Positions 50,242 through 64,000 of a stretch of DNA of 64,000 nt are shown here, one piece after another. Positions within the stretch are counted from its first letter, which is position 1. Each line of letters opens with the position of its first letter. Origin of the DNA: Lama guanicoe. Taxonomy: Eukaryota. The translations under genes were made by a program, and so were the position numbers. Location of the stretch: assembly GCA_013239625.1 (NCBI GenBank), contig MU053645.1, positions 1,542,274 through 1,606,273 of the forward strand, given 5' to 3'. Under the pieces are notes generated by a model that was given only the letters and a program-made list of their open reading frames with translations, did not search any database and had not been told where the DNA came from.

Positions 50242-53019
50242 CTCTATACTAAAATCTTATGGTGGTTTCTCTCAAACCACTGTGAAAAGTAACAGCATGA
50301 TACAAAGCAGTGTGATACAGTGAAAGAGCACTAGTCTACAACTCAAGAAACTTGGATTCTAGTCCTTAACTTGTCATCATTCATAGGACCTGGATGAAAC
50401 ACTTCTCTTAGCCTTAAGTGTCTTACCTACAAAATAGACTGGTTTAATGACCATTAAATCAGAAAGCTGGGACTTCTTTCAATTTTTCAGTTTACCATCT
50501 AGTTCTGTTATCTCAAATTTGATAAACAATTCCGTGAAATCTAACTCAATATTTCTAAAACAGTAGTGAAAGATTTTTCTCTAGAATACATGTTATGATT
50601 ATGAAGTAATGAAGACTATTTTAATCAGTAAGCCAGAGCTAATACATTCAAATTAGTAACATCCCAATTTCATGTCATCACCATGTATCTAGTCCAATGA
50701 TGTTGTCATTGTCCCAAATATTTTTGGAACTCTTTTAATATACATCAAAGCCAGGTTTTAGGTTATACAAGAAAAGCAATCTTATTACTTTTAAAATCAC
50801 ACCTCACTGGTCAAATGTAGCCAGTTTTCTCACTCACATTAACCACCAGACAGCCCTTAAAATGACCCTTGGTTATTTCAAAAAACAAAATTGCCCTGGA
50901 AGAACAGAGTTGGATATTAGGGGGAAGAAAACTCATTTGAGAACTTGATAAAAGATTGCAGCCCTCCCCGGAAAAATGCATCAGCATGCAAAAAAATGTT
51001 GCCAACAACTTAAATCCCTAGACTCTTAGAAACTCCCAATCTAAGGAGATAAATATTTACCGCTACTAAAAACTCCAAATGTTCCAAAAAGACTCAGAAG
51101 GAATCGTTTAGAGGCAGCTTCTCCGAAACAAATGAACAACAGGAAATGCACTGAACTTGGGGTGTGAATAAGGCACCTCAAAATTCGGATTCTGATTTGG
51201 CTATGTCCCTAAGCAGTTTGAAGCAAACAAGTCACTTTTCTCTTAGTGTCAATTTCCTCATTTGCGAAATGGAGACGGGACGAAAAAGGGATTGAGCTGT
51301 ATCAGTGGTTCTCCATCTGTTCATTGAAACAGCAGCATCAGTATCACCTAGGAACTCATTAAAAATGACTACTGAATCAGAAACTCTGGTGTGGGGCCTG
51401 GCCATCTGTGTTTTAACAAGCCCTCCAGGGGATTCTGATGTACACTTAAGTTTAAGGACCACCAAGCTAAATGATCTCTATGAAATTCCTTCAAGCTCTC
51501 AAATTTATTTGGAAAGTAACTTCAGTTAAGTTAAGATACATAACAAAAACCAATAGTCTCAGTCATATCTGTTAAAAAGATTTTCTAAAATTTTTAAGGA
51601 AATAAAAGGATAAGAATCTCTATTTTTATGTCCCCTACAGTATCCTTATACTCTTTATAAATACTAGGTATACATATCTTTACCCATGTGGTCCAATTCT
51701 GGCTGAAAAAGAAAATTCTTCAACCCAGAGCTAGGTGAGACAGAAAATATCTGATTCAGCTTACCTTGAACAGTTACCCTCCCTCCTTCCTGCTACTCAA
51801 ATTATTCCATGGATTTATTAACTAAGTAGTAGAGGAAACAACTGGATTTTGTTTTTATCTAAAAGTGGTATCTTGCTTTCACTGAAAATGTGCTCAAGAT
51901 ACATTATCAGGAATTATCAAGCAATAATAAAAGTATTCTCCCTTAGTGCAAACAAAAGCAGAATTATTTTGAAATTAATAAGACTAATGGTTTTTGTTTC
52001 CATTTCAGGCAAGTAAATCAGATATTTGGTATTAAGGAATTATCTTTATTGAGGTATGATGGTATCAGAGTTATGTCTAAAATAGAAGTGTCCTTATCTT
52101 TTAAAAACCTGATACTACAATACTTAAAAATGAAGTATGTCACCTGTGGGCTTTAGTAACATCAAGTGTTGAGGTAAGGTGAATGGGTAGGGTGGTAAAA
52201 AACAAGACTGGCCATGGAAGAGCTGAAGTAGATATGGGTTTGTGGGGATTCATTTTACTGTCTTACAAAACTTTTTGTAAGACAAAGCAGAAGATATATC
52301 AATTCAGTTGTCTGCTGTTTTTGAGAAAAAAATAAGCACATCAGGATCCCAGCAACCAAATGAATAAACTAGAATGTTAGGAATGTTATTTACCCACTAC
52401 AAAGCAAAATAACATAGTACCTAAATCTAGTATCTATCAGTCTATTACTAAGAAACACAGATAATGTAATATAAACATTTCACTTACCAGGAGATCCAAA
52501 CTGACAGTGAGGAAGATGGTGGAAGACTGTCCGACTAAGTTAACAGGGGCTCTATTAAGGCTCTCACATCACAAGAATAAAGAGACACTCTGAGGGATGA
52601 TTCTGAAATACACATTTCTACTTATTTGTAAGCAGTTTTGAAAAAAAGTCTTTAAAAATTTAAGTCCCAGTGTTGTCACTTAAAATTGATTTTGAATTAG
52701 AGGGGGATGAACTCAGAGAAAGCTCCATGGTAGCAATCTTTACGATGATAAAAACAGAAACTGGCACCCAATTTCCACGTTATTCAAACGTGAAATCGTA
52801 TTCATAGTCAAATGAAATAGTCAATATTTGAGAAACTTTTCCATTAAACCACCAAGTTCCCAACTCTGACAGTGGCTTTAATGAAGCAGAAAAAGAAACA
52901 GTCGCTCTCCCTCTCATACCAATTACTTGTAACAGATAACTGTGGGTAGCGGCTTTGAGTCACTGATAAAATTTCACTTGTAAAATAATGATAGTGGTCA
53001 CTACATAAAACATCTAATC

Positions 53020-53220
53020 CAGTACTATCCAATAGAACTTTCTGTGATGATGGAAATGTTCTGTATCCTGTATTTTCCAACATAGTAGCCTCTTGCCATA
53101 GGTGGCTACCGGGCATATATGTCGCTACATGAACTGTTACTAATGGAATCAAGGAACTAAATTTTAATTTAATTCATTTAATAGCCACATGTGGCTAGTG
53201 GCTAGCATAATAAACAGCAC
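53020..53220. mobile_element. MER3-like hAT element
   Basis: tccaatagaactttctgtgatgatggaaatgttct...atagccacatgtggctagtggcta. Confidence 0.8.
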
Positions 53221-53247
53221 ATATAGCCCCAGAGTACCTGAGGGAAG

Positions 53248-53342
53248 AAAAACACACACCCACATATGTTTCACTTAATATCTAACTCACATTTATTAAA
53301 AATTGCAGATTACAGAAAAGCATGAATAATATTGGCTTTATT
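53248..53342 (-). terminator. FAM199X: FAM199X distal poly(A) region: AATAAA at 53337-53342 and 53292-53297, GU-rich element at ~53248-53263
   Basis: The plus strand has tttatt twice, and aaaaacacacacccaca, which reads TGTGGGTGTGTGTTTTT on minus. Confidence 0.65.
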
Positions 53343-56300
53343 AAACAAGCTCAATTAACTTACCTTTGACTAATAAATCAAAGTATTTAATATCACAAAA
53401 GGAATTTTGAGCACGAAATTAACAAAAGGAAAGCAGCTAAGGTATTTTCTGGAGAGAGCAACCACAGACCTCCCTCTAGTGGCAAGAGATAAAGCTGCTG
53501 CTGAAAAGCTGAATTGCTTCTGCACTATACATAAAACTGCTCACAGACATTTACATAATTATAACTTAAAAATACTCTAGAACAATATATAAGGAAAATA
53601 GATCTGATTTTTGTAAACAAAGGTTAGACCTAATTTTCACTTACTAGAACTGATCTTTCCAGAAAAAAAAATGATTTGCCAATGACATTTGGGAAAGTAG
53701 GGCTTTCACAAAACAAGTTTATGGAGCCTTAACCAAATCGTGAGCAAAAGAAAAGAGCAATTCTTCTCTGTTGATAAATGTTCTGAGATGGGACATGAAA
53801 AGGAGTGGATTCAGAAGTATAAAGTAGTAAGCAGCAGTGGGTTTGTAAAAATTCATGGTACATCAAAAGAGACAATGTAAAATATTACAGGAGTTCTTAA
53901 AAACCCAGACACTTTTCATTCTGATAATCAGTTTCAAAAGACAGCTCTGCCACATAGCCATTTTAATTACAACCATACATACTGATTTAGATTTAACTAC
54001 TGAACTACTACTTTCAAGTACAAGAAGGAACTCAAAATAGAAATGACTTGTGTTACAGCTATTGTTTTTCCCTCAGTTTCAGGAAAAACAGCCTTTATAT
54101 ACACTGTAGTAAGTACAGAATGTACAGAAGACAGTTATATATACAAAAGTGCATTAATATAGTAATACATTTAGCAGAAATACAGGAAAAAAATCCTGGT
54201 TAACAATCTGATACATTACAGTATTAAGACTACTTGAAGATTCTCCAAACCAGTCAACTTCCTACTTGCTTTGGTTATGATACTGATGCTACATAACTAA
54301 CCTTTGAAACTAAAACAAAAAAAAATGAAATTTTTAACCGTCTGTGAAATGTTTTACATATATATACTTGTATTCATCCTTAATAGCTTTTGACAACAGT
54401 TCTATAAAACTCCCAACACAAAGATTTAGAATGAATAATACCTATATCTAAATTAGAGTACTCAAAGAGGAAATTAAATTGATCCACTACAAGAACAGAC
54501 ATGGTCTGCTCCATTCCCAAAAGCCTCAGCTAGATAACCTAACCCCATAGTCTCAACTTAAATCCAATTGGTCAGCTACTATTAAAGAGCAAGCAGCTCC
54601 ACAAAACAAGCCATGGCTTCAGGCCACTGTTCCTTAGAACAATTCAGAATAGGTAAGTGTTAACTTGTCTTTTATACATATTAATTCTACAACTACTTTC
54701 ATATAGTCAAAATGCATATGTATAATTAGAGCAATTCTCCTTTTTTCTACCCTCATCCCTCACCACAAAAAAGAACACAGATTTATTTCCACAGGTTCCA
54801 TTGACCACGAAGACATAACAAAGAAATTCGACAATAAAAAGTATCACATATTGAAATCAGAGAAGATCCAATCCATTTTTCCAAGTTCAGTATGAATGTC
54901 AAATTAAAAATTAATTTACCATTATGTGATCTAGGTTAAAACATTAATAACCTTAATTTAAAATATAATTGTGAGGGGTGCTGAAAACAAATTATTTTAA
55001 TATTAGAAAAAATATGAAAAAACTTTAGTGAGTCAACTCAGATCTTCGGTTATACCATGCAACTTCCTTACTCTCAATAGCCAGTTACTTAGAGGAATTT
55101 TCAGAGTTCCTTCTAAGCCTTTTGGAATAAGTAAGTTATTTTCCAAAGAAATAAGAATTAAGCATTTCTAAGGAGCTATGTTCCAGATACTATGCTGACA
55201 GAGGTCTAAATATTTCTCAGATGCTTCTCACTCACTTAGCATAATTTAATTGTAAAGATAAAATTTATCTTACTTTGTCAGACTTAAAATGAATCCAAAG
55301 TTACTACAGTACATGTGTACACAAATACTTATTTTCTACCTAATAGTCCTTTTAAGGATTAAATTTACCTCTAAGTTTAGACATGTTGAATGTCAGTGTG
55401 CTCAACATCAGTACCATCATTTGAATGTAACTGGAAATTTTCCTGTCTACCATCTCAAACTATAAACTGACTTTAACCCCTTCCCAATTCCAAGCAAACA
55501 TTTTTCTTGAAGATAGACCTGCCAAAAGGTAATTTGTTAAAGGGAAGGAGAGTGTTCAGGTATTACACGAATGAATACAACGAATCCCCCAAATTAATAA
55601 GAGAATCAACTTGCTATATAATCTCTGTTCTTGAAGTACTTTTTCCTTTAAAATTATCTTTCCAGAGTTATCTGGTTTTAAAAAGTATTCTGGCTTATGA
55701 TGTTTTTCACGGAAAAAAAAAAGAATACATTGAGCTATACTTTAGATAACTTCAGTGACCTAGCTGGGCCAAAAATAAAGTTATGCAAGTGAAATTTAAG
55801 ATCTGAAGGTTTTTGTTTTGTTATACACTCTATTATCATTGGTTTGATTTAATGCCTTTGCTTACTGCTATCCAACAGTGTGGACATTTTATAAAACGAA
55901 TTACAACATTCAGATTACTTTTGATTTTGGAAAAGCCTGATATTGACAAAAAGTATAGAGTTCCCCTTTAAGGCACATGAGGCTATATAGAGTAAGCCAC
56001 GAACAAAAATTCTGCTAGAGACTCCTGGAAACAAGACTTCTATATTTGTCAGATATACTAACATTTTTGGCTTAAATATGAAGACATTTGATAAATTTCA
56101 CAATTTTTAAAGCTCATCAGAATCTGGATACCTTTATACAGTAGTTTCTTGAAATTTTTCCTTCATGAGGGATTTTTAGCACTTCTAAGAGCTAAATAAA
56201 ATGAGATGTCCACCCAATCCATAGAGTCATTTAATTATAAGTCAGTTTCTGGAATTCAGCAATATCTAGATGACCCAAAGGACTGACAAAATGGACAAAA

Positions 56301-59300
56301 CTGCCACAGCCTAAATGAAAATGAGACAAGTCTCAAGGAAAAAAAGTGTTATTTTACTCTAAGTTCTTCCTGGGGCAGAATGAGTTAACCCTTTATACTC
56401 CACTACACATTATACTACATCAACTTACTTTAACTCGGTTGAAAAACTGTAGAAAAAGACATGCCATTTTGTTTAATTCAAGGTTTATACCTTTAAAAGC
56501 TGTGGTAGGGACTGACAGACTTCTTATAAGATCCTTTTTCCAGTTCTGTTGAGATGTAATTGACATACACACAAGATCTCTAATAAAATGTTTCTGGATA
56601 AATATGAGGGGATTTTATCATGCCCTCAATTAACAAGGCTTACTTTTAAAAAGGAAAACTTTATTTGCTCCAATGTCAATTCTCTACAGATAAGAACTGA
56701 CAGTGGAGCAAATAAGTCTCATATTTTTATTAATTGGTTAGTTAGGGTTTATATTTTAAAAACAAAAAAAATATTGAGTTGGATTTGTTTTAAATTGAAC
56801 TCAGAGAGAGAGCAGACTAAATTTATAACTCATTCCAAGAAAGAAGTAATTCAAATTTGAATTATCAACATGGGGCATTAAAGCCCTCCCAAAATATAGC
56901 ATATTAACAAAGACAAGTGAACTTTGTTTGTCTTTTTCTGCTGGGTTTTTTTTTTTTTTTGGTGGTGGGCAGGTAGGTAGAAAAAGACTTTGTAATCTCC
57001 CTCTTCAGTCATAAGCAAACCCAAGTTGCTTAAACTTTAAAATTTTTTTTCTTTCAATCTCTTCCAAACTAATTTTATGAGCAATCTCTAATTTATAGTA
57101 TTGTAAAGATAACACATCCGGATTTTACAAAATTTCATGGTGTACTTTACTATAAATACTCAAACCTTTATAAATTTTAAAAATTGGCTTTGTGGTGCTT
57201 TGGTAAACTTGTTTAATAGTGAGTTAAGTTAAATCTAGGGTAATAAGACTATGTGATTGTTGGGAGAGTAGAGTAGAGGAACTGGTCTTATATCATGACA
57301 CTGTTAAGGATTTTCTTTTACTCGTCACTGTCAAGTAAATTGTTTCCAACTATTTAATAGATAAATGCTGCTCTACAGTCTCCAAAAGTGGCCTGTTTTC
57401 CCTGAAGAGTGGGTAAAGAGAACAATCATTCTCTGGAATTCTGCTTTTGCTAAGAGCAGGTAGAGAATTTAACTGTATTTGCTCTTCTCTCCATTTACTC
57501 TTCCTGTATTTGGAAGGGAAAACACAATGAAGTAGATCCCTTCCATCTTCCTCAGAGTATTCTGGGATCTATCCCCAAGCTTTCTTTGGGCTCTCCAAGA
57601 CAGCCAGGAGCACCAAAGTGGGGGGTAAGAGGAAAATCAGGACTACTCCAACTGATACCCATATACACATACATACTTTCTTAAAGTAAAATTTTAAAGT
57701 GTGAATTTAGCAGTCTTCAAAATGTTACAACTATACCACAGACCTCAGCAAAGCTGCAATGCATTAATTTTTTTCTCAGTTTCAATTCTTTAACCTTCAA
57801 GGAACCAAAATGAAATCAAAATTTCAAAAACACATGATTTAAGCAAACCTTAAGCAAAGGTTAAGACTTTAAATCAACTGAGAATTAAGAATTTAAGTTG
57901 TTAATCTTTTTCTTAACAAGTTACCTGATAGGATAAAATGTAAAAAGTAGGAATCTATCAACCTCTGACTCTAGAGTTCAAAAAAATACTGATTACAACT
58001 CCTTCTACAGAATCATGATTACCTCCCAAGTTTACACAATAAAAAGAAAACTATGAAAGTCAGAAAGCAGCTTGATTGTCAGTAGTATCAGTTTCCATTT
58101 TCTTTAACCCATGTGAATGCTTAAAGACATGTGGGAAAATAAAAGGAAGCACACTACTTCCAATGTTCATGATAACAAACTCTCCATGAAAACATTTAAA
58201 CTCCATTTCACATTTAAAATTAGAGTTCTATTAGTAGCCAAGAAGCTAAGGTTTTTTTCTATATCACTGCTCAGTGTATTTCTAACAATTTATAGAGAAG
58301 TTTAGCAGAACTGTAAGGGGTTTTTTAGTTAATTTTGAACATAACCTGTTCACATGCCAAAAGCTGTTATACCAAATATTTAAAAATTAGAGCTGTGCTG
58401 AAAATAAAAAGACCTATGAAAAGAACTTGATAGAGATATTTTCTGCCTTTAAGAGAGTTTCACAGCCTAAAATTTCAAAAAGCAGTGGAAAAGTAGAATT
58501 GGTTGTTTTGCTTAATTGATTTCTCCATTTGAATATTAATCAACATAGCATCAAGTCTAAAATTCAGCTACTAGTAACATTATTTTCTCAGTAGTCATCA
58601 GTTGCAGAAAGGAATCTGAATTTACATAAAGTGAAAAACAGAAACAAACCTAACAGGAAAGATACCAGGGCCTGATTTTACACCTTTGAGTTAATAATGA
58701 ATGAAAACAGACAGAACTAAACCTAATGAAGGCACTATTGTAAACAGCAATCCACACCCCACCTCCATAACCTCAAAAAAAGATTTCCACTAGGAATTGA
58801 GAATTATGCTATGGCCCTATAGAAAAACTAAACTAAGAAATTATAATATTAAGAATGAAACTGAATCATGATCGCTGCACACACACATATATATATATAT
58901 ACTGACATAATAAACTACTTGTCAGCAGTACCTTGAAATCTTCTAAATGTAAAACTACTAGTCTTTGAAAAGCCCACTTAACCACCCTTAAGTTTAAACA
59001 GTCAAAACATTTACTAAATCAGTGGTTCTTAAAACTAGAGTGTGTGGCAGAATAACCTGGTGCTTGTTAAAACACGATGGTGGGCCCCTCCTCCAGCATT
59101 TCTGATTCACTAGGTCTGGGGTAGGGCCACAGAGGATGCATTTCCAATAACTTCTCAGGTGATGCTAAAGCTGCTGGTCCGAGGACCACCTGCTAAGAAC
59201 CACTGACCTAAATTATTAATGGTACATCAGCACAGCCCTAACCAAAAGTTTGGTCAAGATGCATGTAAACAAATAAGGATAGAATACTTAATGCTTAGAA

Positions 59301-59324
59301 AGAACGCTGATAAATTCACCCTTA
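53270..59324 (-). other. FAM199X: Probable ~6 kb 3' UTR of FAM199X
   Basis: AT-rich, nearly repeat-free stretch running from the stop codon to tandem AATAAA signals followed by a GU-rich element. Repeat density rises just beyond it. Confidence 0.65.
59020..59205. mobile_element. MER5A-like hAT element inside the FAM199X 3' UTR
   Basis: TIRs CAGTGGTTCTT / AAGAACCACTG, with degenerate 8-bp TSD tactaaat / acctaaat. Confidence 0.82.
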
Positions 59325-59498
<174 letters not shown>

Positions 59499-60706
59499 TC
59501 AAAATAAAAATTTCTACATCAGTGGGGTTCAGTTTTGACATATCCACTGCAAAGTATTTTATGGATCAAATTCTGTATTTTCAGATTAGAGATGTTCAAA
59601 TTCCTCTGCAGTATGATCCTGGTTCCAGTAAGTGAGCCATTAGCTTAGACTTGAAAATGATTCTTCAAGATTCTATTTTTATGGTATTTGACCAATGAAT
59701 CTTCTGATAAGGAAGGGTTGAAACTTGATCATTTTGACTAGTTATGGACAACCAATCATTTCTAAGATTTTTTATATCAAATTAAGGTACACCAGTGTCA
59801 GTGCAAATATGTAGTGAACAGTACTGAATACAAATGTAGAAAATATTGCCAAAATCTCTAGTGCTTATGCTTTTAAGGTGCGTTTCATCCAAAAGCACGA
59901 GCAATTTTATAATGGCTGTGAAAGAACCATGTCTTTTTCATATTAGGCAAATACCATCTTAAAAGCCCATGAGAAACTCAGTGGGCACTCTATTCCTTGT
60001 CACTGGTGAAATGATGCCAAAAAGGAATGACCGCATATCCAAAGAAAACCCTTGACAACCAACAAAGCTGGCTATGTTTCTGCTACTTCCGTAAGAACCA
60101 GGGAAGAAATCACTGCATATCTTCTAGTCACCACTGGGTTCCTCAAAAGTTATAATAGAGATACCCTTATCATCCAAAGTTGGCTCCAGACTGTCACCAC
60201 TGCAAGGAACCGAACTCCCCTGCTAAGTATCACAGGACCATTCTATATACCCTTAAAACGTCCTATTTTTTATCTGCCCAATAATATTATACAGAACTTT
60301 TTCAACTGTGAAAAGAGTAGACAGAAATTAGAGAAAGCATTATTACAGTTGAAAAAGAGCTAAGAAGAAACATTCAAGATTAAAACATTAAGAAAACACT
60401 TAACACACACACAAGACACAGAGAACATTCTTAGGAGCTAATAGACAGCAACATCAGCAACATAGTGAGATTCGCTCAGTAGTAAGTTGCAGTCAGTATT
60501 GCAATCTTGAGACTCACTCATTATTTCCATCAATTTATCTTACTTAAAACAGACACAAAAATCAGATAAAATTGAAGGTTATATGGCTGTGGGTCAAAAC
60601 CGTATTTCAAAGCACTCAGCCTAGAGGGCTTTGTCCAACAGCAGAGAATCCTGCTTCTTCAGTTAAAACCAAAACCCACATGCCTCTAGATAGCAGGATA
60701 ATTTTA

Positions 60707-61090
<384 letters not shown>

Positions 61091-62100
61091 TCATGTTCTG
61101 CCCTCAAAATACTGGAGAAAAGAAGAATATTGTACTTAAAGATTATAGAAAGTGTTACAGATGTACATAGGTAGAATATAAAGACAAAAGAAATCTCTAA
61201 AATGTGGAAACAAGTACCAGAAAAATTGACAATGTTCAAAATTCTAAAATATACATTATGAAGCTAGATTTTTAAAAGCATGTGAAATATAATCAGTAAA
61301 TGGAAGGCTACTGGCTTCCAGAATTTAGGATTATAAGAAAATAACATTCAGGAACAGAAACCAACAGTAAAATAAAACAGATAAGATTAGGCATTTTTAA
61401 AGGGTTGCCACTTAAGATGATTAAAGTTAAGCTGTCAATTATATCTAAGATTAGGGTGTTTCCTAGATCTCAGCTAGGGGCCCACAGTACCTGTCTTCAA
61501 ATGCAAGGCATCAATTTACCATACTAATGAAAAATGGGCTGGAATGTAGAAAATTATAGTATGTCTGTTGAGAGAAACACTGAAATGAGAGAATTTTTTT
61601 GTAAATAATGATAAATGCAAAAAATTTAAAAAAAAGCAAAAGTAGAACATAAGTAGTCATTTAGCTATGTACCAGAGAAAAAGAGAACAGCAAAGACTAT
61701 ATTTAGAAGATACCAGAAATGTGTATTTCAGCATAGCAGAAGGAAGACTCATTCCATTTTATCCTAGCCAGGATCAACTACTTCGTAAGACTACTCAAAT
61801 CCCTCAGATTAGATGTCCACTCAAGTATAGCTCTCAATAATCAGTATTTTGATTCTGGCAATTGGCCTTTTGCAAGCTGAGTTAGAATAAATCTATACCT
61901 TAGTGTAACCACCCCTTAAATTTTGAAGTTAAGTTTCAAAACCTATACAACTAAAAAGCAGGTTCAAGATCCTCGGTACTGCCAGTTGAGATGTACATAA
62001 AACCTCTTAAAACCAGATGATCTAATATTGCATTTCACAGCAGTGACTTTCACCTTCATTACCTATGTGTTTACATATGACTATTCAAGTACACATGTTA

Positions 62101-62313
<213 letters not shown>

Positions 62314-62507
62314 CTATGTGATGAAAAATCATAATAAATAAGGTCAATGCCAAAACCTCTGATCTTTTAGTATGTAATTTATGTTTGAAATATCAGAAGC
62401 ACTTAATGTTATATTTGTTCCCTGCAAAACAATTAAAGCTCAAATTCATATTTACTAAGCAATCCACATTTATCCAGTAGCTTTAAACAGACAATAATCG
62501 AGTTTCA

Positions 62508-62768
<261 letters not shown>

Positions 62769-63391
62769 TCACAAAATGTTTCATATTGATTAAAAATTAC
62801 CTTAATAAAAGACTAGTGACAAACACAAAGTCAGAAGACATTAACTCTGATCACTTCTATTTTAGACAAAGCAGCAACATTAACGTAGTCTTTGTATACA
62901 CAGTCACTTATTCAATGAGAGATATTTTCCAAAAGCTTAAAATCATAATCAAGACTTGTTAAAATGCTAACTTAAGAGTCAATCATCATTAAGGTTTTAA
63001 ATTCATAACGCAACGTAGGCTAGGGTCCACACAGTATAATGAATAAGGAGCACTAGTCTCCATCTCAGGAGACCTGAGTGATCTGCCACTACCTGGCTTT
63101 TTGCCAGACACTACGCTAGATATACTGCCATATAAAGACAAATAAATCATGGCCCTTGTCCTCAAGTCTGTATTAACAACCTCGAGATAATTAAAATAAT
63201 TTAAAATATGCTGTTAATAGAAAGAAAAACATTTTAAAGACCAGAAGTATTATAAAAGAAAAATTAGAAAAAATGGCAAGAGACAATGTGCAAAGGAGAA
63301 AGCAAGCCTAACACAGAAAATCCAATCAGCAAAAATATGTAATATAATTTTATACTGCCTGTTAAAAACCAGCTGGAATGGACTTAATTTT

Positions 63392-63539
63392 TAACAGCTT
63401 TATTGAGTTATAACTGATATACAAAGAACTGTACATATTTAATACATACAACTTGATGACTGGACATATGCATATATCGTGAAACCATCACCACATTCAA
63501 CAATCAAGGTAATAAACATATCCATCACCTCCAAAGTCA
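63392..63539 (-). mobile_element. Short L1M 3' end in a FAM199X intron
   Basis: Antisense L1M end with 16-bp TSD GAATGGA(C/T)TTAATTTT at 63376-63391 and 63540-63555. Confidence 0.8.
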
Positions 63540-63729
63540 GAATGGATTTAATTTTAAATAAATGTGTTTAAGTTATTCATCAAAAAGGTAAAACATTTTC
63601 TTCTACAAGGAGTACATAACAATTTTCAAGAATAATGCTTTCATTTTTACAAGGTACAGAACAGCACTTATTGTTGTTTTGGTTCTATAGACTTTGCAAT
63701 TACATCTGAACTCTGGATGATTAATAGGC

Positions 63730-64000
63730 TTTTAAAACTGAAGTATAGTCAATTTCCAATGTTGTGTTTATTTCTGGTGTACAGCATAGTGATTCAAATA
63801 TATACATATATATGTATATATTCCTTTTCATATTCTTTTTCATTATAGGCCATTACAAGGTACTGAATATAGTTCCCTGTGCTAAACAGTAGGACTTTGT
63901 TGTTTATCTATTTTATATATAGTAGTTAGCATCTACAAATCCCAAACTCCCAATTTATCCCTCTCCAGCCTCTTCCCCCCGTGCCCCCACAGCTGGTAAC
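63730..64000 (-). mobile_element. L1 3' end running off the window edge
   Basis: gaagtatagtcaatttccaatgttgtg...aatatagttccctgtgct, antisense L1 3' UTR. Confidence 0.85.

Overview
This is mammalian genomic DNA, most likely from a camelid X chromosome. The species call rests on several copies of a tRNA-derived SINE matching the camelid vic-1 family; the chromosome call rests on the ESX1/FAM199X pair, which is X-linked in other eutherians. Two genes lie tail-to-tail. (1) A complete four-exon ESX1 homeobox gene on + (CDS 17880-17961, 18135-18465, 19527-19572, 22624-23121; 318 aa by my splicing), with a CCAAT/TATA promoter in a CpG island, a Q50 paired-like homeodomain and a C-terminal (M/V)FPGPP(P) coding minisatellite. 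(2) The last four coding exons and a probable ~6 kb 3' UTR of FAM199X on -; its 5' exons lie beyond the window end. The rest is repeat-rich: a 5.4 kb LINE-1 with both ends and an internal deletion, nested in an older L1, a composite inverted L1 insertion, many truncated L1 ends, MIR/L2, hAT and Tigger DNA transposons, a MaLR LTR and microsatellites. I found no convincing new biological system. The best leads are the ESX1 repeat architecture and homeodomain, the L1 structures, and an orphan CpG-rich element at ~30.8-31.3 kb. Repeat subfamily names and comparisons with human proteins come from memory, not from a search.
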